A stretch of 64,000 nucleotides of DNA from Candidatus Poribacteria bacterium. GTDB taxonomy: Bacteria; Poribacteria; WGA-4E; WGA-3G. The notes under the pieces were generated by a model, which saw nothing but the letters and a program-made list of their open reading frames with translations, searched no databases and was not told the DNA's origin. Both the position numbers and the translations under genes were made by a program. Numbering within the stretch: the stretch's first letter is position 1; each line of letters begins with the position of its first letter. Positions 28,024 through 35,583 of this stretch are shown piece after piece. The stretch lies in NCBI GenBank assembly GCA_965208635.1, contig OZ242349.1, forward strand, positions 588,272-652,271, read 5' to 3'.

Positions 28024-30057
28024 ATGCAGAAATTGGCGATTGAAGGTCAAACGCATACAAATTCAATAGGAATGCAATTCGTTAGAATTGAACCTGGGAC
28101 TTTCACAATGGGTTCAAAGAACGCTGCGCTATCAGATGCGTTGACAGCCGGAAAAGCATACCTCCGCGACGGTGATTGGGATGAACATCCCGTCCATCAA
28201 GTCACCCTCACCACGCCGTTCTATATCGGCATTTTTCAGGTGACGAATGCACAGTATGAGATGTATGATCCCACACACCACGGGTTGAAGAGTCTTCAGA
28301 ACACCGGTTTCTCTAAGGAAGATGACGAAGCGGTTGTGTTTGTAGACTGGCACGATGCGACGCGATTCTGTGAATGGCTTTCCGAAAAGGAAGGACTTCC
28401 CTATCGACTGCCAACCGAAGCAGAATGGGAATATGTGTGCCGTGCGGGGACAACAACCCATTTTCACACCGGCGATACACTACCACCTGAGTTCCACAAA
28501 AACGTTGGAGAGAGTTGGTACCCGGATACGGGGCGGAGCCGCAGTGCCGAAGAAATCGTGTCTTTGCACGTCGGACAAACGCCATCCAACGCGTGGGGTG
28601 TATATGACATGCACGGAAACGTCGAGGAGTGGTGCCAAGATTGGTATGGGAGCTACGCACCGGACCCACAGGTTGATCCAGTGGGTAGGGAAGAGGGTTT
28701 GTATCGTGTTACACGGGGTGGCAGTCATTCGACCTTACTCTGTTATCTACGCTCAGCCAATCGGATGGGAGCAGTGCCAGAAGATAAACACTGGTACATC
28801 GGATTCCGTGTCGTCTGTGGTGAGATGCCGCAGACCTCTCCAACACCGGCACCGAAGGTGGGATTATGGGGACGTGATGTTAAACAGGAAAATAGGAGTG
28901 TCCCCGCGCCAGAATCCCCCTATTTTGCGGAACCGCTCACCTACGTCAAAATTCCAGAAGGTTCAAACGGACCGCTTTTTTCGGCGCACAATCACGTTCC
29001 GGCGATCGTGGAATGCCTGAACGGTGATATGTTCACGGCGTGGTATTCCTGCGTGACAGAGCGTGGACGCGAATTGACAGTCGCCGCGAGCCGACTCCGC
29101 TTTGGTGAAACCGAATGGGATCCCGCTGAACCCTTTTGGGGTCCACCGGATCGGAACAATCACGCCACCTCCCTTTGGCGAAACGAGAATGGAAGAATTT
29201 ATCACTTCAATGGACTCTCGGCTGCTGCAACATGGGGTCCCTTAGCGTTGATCCTCCGTTACTCGGATGATAACGGTGCGACTTGGTCGAAACCGCGCTT
29301 CATATCACCGGAACACCGACTCCGACACATGCCGATCGCCTCTGTTTTCCGAAGACAGGACGGCTCTATCCTCCTCGCTTGCGATGCAGTAACTGGTGGA
29401 AACGGTGGCACAGCGATATGGCTCAGCGACGATGACGGTGAAACTTGGTACGATCCGGGAGCGGGACAACCGATTCCAGAATTCGCCGATGGCAAACAGG
29501 GCGGATGGATCGCTGGCATCCACGCCGCTGTCGTTGAACTCACAGATGGCAGATTGATGGCTTACGGCAGAGGCGATACAATCAACGAACGGATGCCGAA
29601 AAGTGTCTCTGAAGATGGTGGTAGGACATGGCAGTATAGTGCGAGTCCGTTCCCAGTAGTTTCTGGCGGACAGCGATGTGTTCTGCTACGACTTCAGGAG
29701 GGACCGATTTTTCTTGCTTCCTTCACCGGAGAACGGAAGCCCCCTACATCTATGCCGATCGTTGATGCTTCTGGCAATGAACGCTTCGTCACCGGACTCT
29801 TTGGTGCGTTGTCTTACGACGACGGCGAAACATGGGAATGTATGCGGCTGATTACAGATGATGGAGAAGATCGAGAGATCGAGACGATGGATGGACGCCC
29901 CTTTACGATGGGGTTAAACAGTGCCGAACTCGGTGGGTACCTCGCGGTTTGCCAAGGACAGAATGGAATCATTCACCTCATCAGTAGCCGTCAACATTAT
30001 CGCTTTAACCTTGCTTGGCTCAAAACACTACCGCCCGCGGGGTCTCACGCCCTTTAG
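28024..30057 (+). CDS. FGE-sulfatase (SUMF1/formylglycine-generating-enzyme family) domain fused to BNR/sialidase-like beta-propeller
   Basis: The N-terminal 270 aa carry FGE-family blocks (RLPTEAEWEYVCRAG, NAWGVYDMHGNVEEWCQDWY, RVTRGGSH). The C-terminal 400 aa carry four BNR motifs (SDDNGATWS, SDDDGETWY, SEDGGRTWQ, YDDGETWE). Confidence 0.8.
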   Translation: MQKLAIEGQTHTNSIGMQFVRIEPGTFTMGSKNAALSDALTAGKAYLRDGDWDEHPVHQVTLTTPFYIGIFQVTNAQYEMYDPTHHGLKSLQNTGFSKEDDEAVVFVDWHDATRFCEWLSEKEGLPYRLPTEAEWEYVCRAGTTTHFHTGDTLPPEFHKNVGESWYPDTGRSRSAEEIVSLHVGQTPSNAWGVYDMHGNVEEWCQDWYGSYAPDPQVDPVGREEGLYRVTRGGSHSTLLCYLRSANRMGAVPEDKHWYIGFRVVCGEMPQTSPTPAPKVGLWGRDVKQENRSVPAPESPYFAEPLTYVKIPEGSNGPLFSAHNHVPAIVECLNGDMFTAWYSCVTERGRELTVAASRLRFGETEWDPAEPFWGPPDRNNHATSLWRNENGRIYHFNGLSAAATWGPLALILRYSDDNGATWSKPRFISPEHRLRHMPIASVFRRQDGSILLACDAVTGGNGGTAIWLSDDDGETWYDPGAGQPIPEFADGKQGGWIAGIHAAVVELTDGRLMAYGRGDTINERMPKSVSEDGGRTWQYSASPFPVVSGGQRCVLLRLQEGPIFLASFTGERKPPTSMPIVDASGNERFVTGLFGALSYDDGETWECMRLITDDGEDREIETMDGRPFTMGLNSAELGGYLAVCQGQNGIIHLISSRQHYRFNLAWLKTLPPAGSHAL

Positions 30058-30095
30058 CCCCGTGGGGACAGCATTTGTGTAGAGAGGAATTAATT

Positions 30096-30986
30096 ATGAG
30101 GCTCCCATTTTTACATCAGGAAGTAGAAGTCCGTACCGATTTGCGAGAAAGTAACGACATCCTTGACAATCCCGATGCCTTGCAGGAGCGGATAGCAGCA
30201 GACGGGTATCTCTTAATTCGTGGATTACACGACAAGGACGCGATCCTCACGGCGCGTCGACAAATTCTGGAAAAACTCGCAGCAAAAGAGATGATCGCAC
30301 CGAATACACCGCTGATGGATGGGATTTTTAACCCCGATTATCCTGAACCGACATCAACCGGGTCAATGGGTAATAAGGAACTCACGCAGATGCCAGCATT
30401 CAAAGCAGTTGTTGAGGGTGAACCCATCATGAACTTTTTCAAAGGGTTCCTCGGTGGCGACGCCCGGACGTTCGATTTTAAATGGCTTCGCACGGCGGGT
30501 CCCGGATCAGGATCCCCGATACATTACGATATCGTTTTTATGGGCAGAGGCACACAAAATCTCTACTCCTGTTGGACACCGTTTGGCGATGTGTCCTTGG
30601 ACATGGGTCCGATTGTGTTCTGTCTCGGCTCCAATCGATTTGAAGAAGTGCGAGCAACTTATGGTAAGTCAGATGTGGATCGGGATCTGATTGAGGGGCA
30701 TTTCAGCGATAAACCGCTTGAGATTCTCGAGAAATTTGGGGGACGCTGGGCAACGACAACGTTTTCAGTGGGTGATGTTATTATTTTTAGCATGTTCCTG
30801 ATGCATGCTTCACTCGTTAACACATCGAATAAGATACGGATCACAGCAGATACCCGCTATCAACTTGCCGCTGAACCTATCGACGAACGCTGGGTTGGTG
30901 AAAAACCGAAAGGACATTATGCGTGGAAGCAACAGGGCACAAAGATTGAATCCTTGGAAAAATCACGGCAGAGATGGGGCGTTTAG
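30096..30986 (+). CDS. phytanoyl-CoA dioxygenase (PhyH) family Fe(II)/2-oxoglutarate oxygenase
   Basis: The HxD motif SPIHYD and overall PhyH-like layout. The start is taken at ATG 30096 (GAGAGGAAT upstream) rather than the overlapping track start 30015. Confidence 0.7.
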   Translation: MRLPFLHQEVEVRTDLRESNDILDNPDALQERIAADGYLLIRGLHDKDAILTARRQILEKLAAKEMIAPNTPLMDGIFNPDYPEPTSTGSMGNKELTQMPAFKAVVEGEPIMNFFKGFLGGDARTFDFKWLRTAGPGSGSPIHYDIVFMGRGTQNLYSCWTPFGDVSLDMGPIVFCLGSNRFEEVRATYGKSDVDRDLIEGHFSDKPLEILEKFGGRWATTTFSVGDVIIFSMFLMHASLVNTSNKIRITADTRYQLAAEPIDERWVGEKPKGHYAWKQQGTKIESLEKSRQRWGV

Positions 30987-32072
30987 ATGGATGCAATGAA
31001 CAGTGATTCGGGTGGATCTGAAACCAACACAGCCCCTAAAAAGCGAACTTCTAAATTTCTACCTCTTCTTTTCATCCTGTTTTGCGCAGTTGTCATCGGC
31101 GTCGGTATCAGATATCACAAAAGCAGCAGACCTCCTGTCGTCGCGTGGGATGTCTACTTCAGTGAAGTCGATGCTGGGGACAGTCACCCTTCGCTTGAGA
31201 ACCGTCTTGTCGAGCGGCTTACCACTGCCGTTTCACGGGTCGATGCAGCACTCTACCACTTGAGTTCTACGTCGATAGCCGACGCTTTAATTAAAGCACA
31301 CCACCGCGGGGTGCAGGTGCGAGTCGTCACTGAAACGGACAACATTGATGAGGACGCAATTGTGCAATTACAGAAAGTCGGCATCCCCGTCGCCGACGAT
31401 GGAGACTCCGACAGCTATATGCACCACAAATTTATTGTGATTGATGAGCAGTATGTCTGGACCGGCTCCTATAACACCACCTATAACGGTGCCTATAGAA
31501 ACAAGAACAATGTAATATTCATCGATTCTGTCCGAGTCGCGTATAACTTCACACAGGAGTTCCGAGAGCTGTTCCGGCAAATGCGGGCTGAGAAACCTTC
31601 CGGTGCGTCTGTTGTGCACCCGAAAGTGATACTGAGTGATGGGACACAGATATTCACCTATTTTTCACCAGACAATGATATTATGTCGTCGCTCCTGAGG
31701 GAGATTGGATCCGCTAAGAAGTCGATTCATTTTATGGCGTTTTCGTTCACACAAGATGCGCTCGGTAGTGCGATGCGGGATCGTTTTGATTCAGGGATTG
31801 ACGTCCAGGGTGTGTTCGAGAAACGACAGGTTGATGATCGCTATTCCGAATATAATGCTATGAAGAAGGCTGGGTTACGTGTGACTCTGGATAAAAATAG
31901 GGGGGCTATGCACCACAAGGTAATTGTTATCGACCAGGAAACGGTGATTACGGGTTCGTATAACTTCTCCAAAAATGCCGAAGAGCGCAACAGCGAGAAT
32001 CTATTGATTATTAAAGGAAACCCCGATATTGCCCAAGCATACCTTGCTGAATTTGATCGAATCGTGCGCTAA
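30987..32072 (+). CDS. phospholipase D-family protein (two HKD motifs), N-terminal membrane anchor
   Basis: MHHKFIVIDEQYVWTGSYNTT and MHHKVIVIDQETVITGSYNFSKNAEERNSEN (HxK-x4-D-x6-GSxN, twice). TM segment FLPLLFILFCAVVIGVGI. Confidence 0.8.
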   Translation: MDAMNSDSGGSETNTAPKKRTSKFLPLLFILFCAVVIGVGIRYHKSSRPPVVAWDVYFSEVDAGDSHPSLENRLVERLTTAVSRVDAALYHLSSTSIADALIKAHHRGVQVRVVTETDNIDEDAIVQLQKVGIPVADDGDSDSYMHHKFIVIDEQYVWTGSYNTTYNGAYRNKNNVIFIDSVRVAYNFTQEFRELFRQMRAEKPSGASVVHPKVILSDGTQIFTYFSPDNDIMSSLLREIGSAKKSIHFMAFSFTQDALGSAMRDRFDSGIDVQGVFEKRQVDDRYSEYNAMKKAGLRVTLDKNRGAMHHKVIVIDQETVITGSYNFSKNAEERNSENLLIIKGNPDIAQAYLAEFDRIVR

Positions 32073-33223
32073 GGCGTTTCACCTAATGTTACTGTAGAAT
32101 AGTGTTCGGTTCCATTCCTACCGATTTTAAGTCGGACCTTCGTATTGGGTCGCTTACTCACAACGCATTTTAACAACTCGTCGTAAGAGTGTACAGGGAC
32201 TGCGTTAAATTCCAAGATAAGATCTTGAGGTAAAAGCCCACCTTTGTGCGCCGGACTGTTTTCGATCACACCCGTAACGAGGACCCCTAAATCGCCAATA
32301 TCAACTTCAACACCGAGCCAGCCACGAGCGACCTTCCCGTGTTCGATAATTTCCTTTGCAACAGCGCGCACCGTCTCTATCGGCAGAGCGAAGGTAATTT
32401 CCTGATTCCGAGTCGCCAACGGGGGGCGATCAAGAAATTGTGTAATGTCCATACCGTCCTGCTTCCCGAAAAGTGTGTCAAGCGGAGAATGGGTAGCAGT
32501 TGGTTCTGTCAGGACTGCCAGGATCATTCCAACGACCTCTCCTGATGTGTTTACGACTGCCCCACCGCTGTTGCCGGGCGTAACCGCGGCGTTGATTTTA
32601 ATTAATTCGCCACACAATTGATTCGGCAAGGTGTCCCAACCGCCCACAATACCGAAGGAGACAATGGGACTCTGGCCATAACTACTCCCGATCGTCACAA
32701 CCCAGGAACCGGTATCAATCTTTGAAGAATCGCCCCACTTACGAGGCAGCGTGAATTCGATCCATTCGTCGGGTGCCACTGGGGACTTGACCGCATTCGT
32801 TGGGGATGTGGATTTGCGCAGCGGACCTGTAACCCGAAGCACTGCAATATCAGTGAATACATCAATGCCGATGAGTTTTGCTGAAGACACCCTTTTATCG
32901 TTAAAGATAACTTCAATCTTACTCGGGGGCCCCATCTCGAAAGTGGTCGTCACAATGTGTCCAGCGGTGTCAATGACAATACCAGAACCGATATTTTGAC
33001 GCATCAATGCTAACTCTTTCGTGTTCCACGAAAGTGGGACCGGTACGCCTTGTGTTGCGACAACCTTCACAACGGTGGGTTGGGTATCCGTGACGATCTT
33101 CTGAAAATCCTTTTCAAGCCGCTGCAGCACGCTCTCATTGGTGAAACCGGGCATGACAACAGAGAAGAGGAGACTCAGCATTCCAATTATTAATTGTTGG
33201 TGTTTTAATTTTGTCACGTACAT
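32069..33223 (-). CDS. HtrA/DegP-family serine protease (S1C) with PDZ domain
   Basis: Catalytic Ser motif GNSGGAVVNTSGEVVGM, a His region DTAGHIVTT, and a C-terminal PDZ (GVLVTGVIENSPAHKGG). Confidence 0.85.
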   Translation of the reverse strand: MYVTKLKHQQLIIGMLSLLFSVVMPGFTNESVLQRLEKDFQKIVTDTQPTVVKVVATQGVPVPLSWNTKELALMRQNIGSGIVIDTAGHIVTTTFEMGPPSKIEVIFNDKRVSSAKLIGIDVFTDIAVLRVTGPLRKSTSPTNAVKSPVAPDEWIEFTLPRKWGDSSKIDTGSWVVTIGSSYGQSPIVSFGIVGGWDTLPNQLCGELIKINAAVTPGNSGGAVVNTSGEVVGMILAVLTEPTATHSPLDTLFGKQDGMDITQFLDRPPLATRNQEITFALPIETVRAVAKEIIEHGKVARGWLGVEVDIGDLGVLVTGVIENSPAHKGGLLPQDLILEFNAVPVHSYDELLKCVVSKRPNTKVRLKIGRNGTEHYSTVTLGETP

Positions 33224-33278
33224 GCTTCACTTTCCTTAATTGCATATTTTGAGCAACCTCTGAAAATCGCGAGCGCGA

Positions 33279-33393
33279 AGAAATTGAGGAAATACCCCAG
33301 CAAGGGAAAATTGAGGAAATTGAGGAAATTGAGGAAACACCCTATCAAAAACCCTATCAAGGGGAAACGCCCCAGCAAAAACACTCGCTCCTA
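33279..33393. repeat. dispersed intergenic repeat family 1 copy with internal micro-tandems (gaaattgag x4, ccctatcaa x2)
   Basis: gaaattgaggaaataccccagcaagggaaaattgaggaaattgaggaaattgaggaaacaccc..gggaaacgccccagcaaaaaca. It shares blocks with 2761-2830. Confidence 0.55.
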
Positions 33394-33422
33394 CAGAAAG
33401 AAACTACTCATGCCTTGTTAAA

Positions 33423-34001
33423 CTAAAGCCCGCCCCGTGTGGACGCGTTGGTATAACTCACCTGTTTTAAGACGTAATGCTGCTGCATTGGACGCACCGA
33501 CCTTGGGACAACACCGCCCGGTAGGCGCTGACTACCGTTTCCCACGGCACGTCGCGTTACCACCGGCGAGGTCGCAACTTGCACTTTTTGAGACTCAGAT
33601 GTTACCGCAGTTGAACCGGCGTCTCGATCGAACAGGAATCCGTCTTGATAGAGATAGGTGCCAGTTACGGCGAGGATTAACGCCAGAATGCCACTGAATG
33701 CCCATACCGGACGGCGAAATAGATCTAATAGTTGTTTCCAACCTATTGTCGTAATTCCCTTAACCCCGTCGATCTCGCGTTGTTCTTCAGCGATCCGTTG
33801 CAGCAACGTCGGCATAAAGTAGGGTGAAGGCTCAATCTGTGGTAATTGCTGGACCACCTTAACAGATTCCTGGAATCTGGCATATTCCTGCTGACACGCC
33901 TCACACACTGCGAGGTGTTTTTCAAACCCCTGCAATGTCTGATAATCAAGTGTGTCCTCAAAATGCGCCGAGAAATGTTCCTCAGCCTGTAAGCAGTTCA
34001 T
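33423..34001 (-). CDS. anti-sigma factor, zinc-finger (ZAS-like HxxxCxxC) with single TM
   Basis: N-terminal FEKHLAVCEACQQEY motif and a TM segment VWAFSGILALILAVTGTYLY. It lies immediately downstream of the ECF sigma gene. Confidence 0.65.
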   Translation of the reverse strand: MNCLQAEEHFSAHFEDTLDYQTLQGFEKHLAVCEACQQEYARFQESVKVVQQLPQIEPSPYFMPTLLQRIAEEQREIDGVKGITTIGWKQLLDLFRRPVWAFSGILALILAVTGTYLYQDGFLFDRDAGSTAVTSESQKVQVATSPVVTRRAVGNGSQRLPGGVVPRSVRPMQQHYVLKQVSYTNASTRGGL

Positions 34002-34019
34002 AAATAACTCCTATGAACA

Positions 34020-34619
34020 CTAAATAAACAGTTTTAACTTATCTTTGAGCATGAGCCGGGCACGATTGATGCGAGATTTCGTCGTCCCGCTCCGGAGTTC
34101 CAATATCTCACTGATTTCGTCGTAACTCAGTCCCTGCAGGTCGCGTAAGACGAGCGGGAGTCTGTACTGTTCCGGTAATTCTGCGATCGCTTTTTGGATA
34201 GCGTTGCGTAATTCTTTACGTTCAAGTTCCACTTCCGGTTGGAAACCAGAGTTCGCGGGTGTATTTGCAATCAAGTCAATTTCTTCTGTTTGGTTGTTAC
34301 CATCACTTCCGCTGTTTACAACGTTATCAACCCTGTACTTGTCCCGTCGCTCCCGATTTCGGATCTCATTTTTGCAAAGATTTTTGGCGATGTGATACAT
34401 CCATGTCTTAAAGTGTGCCCGCCCCGGTTCATAACGATGCGCCGCTTTAAACATACGAATGAACGTCTCCTGCGCCAAGTCCTCAGCATTATCCCTATCA
34501 TTGATGAACCGAGCAATGAAATTGATGAGGGGCTGCTGATGCCGTCGTACGAGAAGCGTAAACGCGCCTTCATCCCCTTTTTGGTAGCGTTCCATTAATT
34601 CATCATCTAAGTCAAGCAT
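34020..34619 (-). CDS. ECF-type RNA polymerase sigma-70 family factor
   Basis: Region 2 (FIRMFKAAHRYEPGRAHFKTWMYHIAKN) and region 4 (LSYDEISEILELRSGTTKSRINRARLMLK). The start is taken at ATG 34619 (GGAGG 7 nt upstream). The track's earlier start at 34655 is GTG. Confidence 0.85.
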   Translation of the reverse strand: MLDLDDELMERYQKGDEGAFTLLVRRHQQPLINFIARFINDRDNAEDLAQETFIRMFKAAHRYEPGRAHFKTWMYHIAKNLCKNEIRNRERRDKYRVDNVVNSGSDGNNQTEEIDLIANTPANSGFQPEVELERKELRNAIQKAIAELPEQYRLPLVLRDLQGLSYDEISEILELRSGTTKSRINRARLMLKDKLKLFI

Positions 34620-34863
34620 CAGGTGCCTCCGGAGGTGCTTATCCATAATATACACCGAACTTCAGATTTGGTTGCAAATTTTTTCGGTGCGTGAGAATGG
34701 AGACCGGAAATCAGATATTTTACGTGCGTGTCTTGACCTTAAAGCAGGTTTCCGTGTATGATTATTTTGATAAAGCACTGCACAAGCCCTACAAAAATTT
34801 AGCATGTTTACATAACAGATGTCAAATTTAGAACGGAACAATCGCTTTCAGATGGAGGTTCAC

Positions 34864-35436
34864 ATGTTTGATCAAGTCCTACAAGAAGTTGAGGCACAGT
34901 GTAAAGCAGAGAGGATCCCGATGTTGGGAGAAGAAAAGGCGAAATTTCTCGCTGCCTGCGTTGAAAAGGCGAAACCGTCCCTTATTGTCGAATGTGGAAC
35001 CGCTATCGGTTATTCCGGACTCTGGATGCTACGTGTGTTGAAAGCTGCTGGCACTGGACGTTTGATAACGATTGAAATAGATGCTGACCGCGCCGCGCAA
35101 GCGCGAACGAATTTCGAGCGCGCTGGAATGTCCGATCTTGTCAACTCATGCATCGGCGATGCCCAAGAAGTCCTCAAAAGCATTCAAGATCCTGTCGACT
35201 TTCTGCTCCTCGATAACAATTTCAACAACTACTTTCCCTGTTTTCAGGCAATTGAACCGCAGTTGACGAACCCAGCAACCGTTGTAGCGGACAACGTCGG
35301 TATCGGTGCCGAATCAATGACGGATTATCTGGAGCACGTCCGAGAGCGTTATGAATCTGAAACACACTGGTTTGACATCGACCTGCCGTGGGTGAAACAG
35401 GACGCAATCGAAGTAAGCATCTATCGCCATCTTTAA
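34864..35436 (+). CDS. class I SAM-dependent O-methyltransferase (catechol/caffeoyl-CoA OMT-like, PF01596-type)
   Basis: SLIVECGTAIGYSGLWM (SAM motif I)..LITIEIDADRAAQAR..FLLLDN. The start is taken at ATG 34864, which has GGAGG 6 nt upstream. Confidence 0.8.
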   Translation: MFDQVLQEVEAQCKAERIPMLGEEKAKFLAACVEKAKPSLIVECGTAIGYSGLWMLRVLKAAGTGRLITIEIDADRAAQARTNFERAGMSDLVNSCIGDAQEVLKSIQDPVDFLLLDNNFNNYFPCFQAIEPQLTNPATVVADNVGIGAESMTDYLEHVRERYESETHWFDIDLPWVKQDAIEVSIYRHL

Positions 35437-35583
35437 TTATTCGCAAGGCGTTAAATGAAGTTATTTGTTCATTGAAGATTTTTTTATATCCGCCTGCGCC
35501 GGTGTTGCAGGCTACCATCTTCGGTTACAGTCGTAAAAATAAAACTATAGCAAGTCCAAGAATTACAGTAAGCCCGTAACGAA

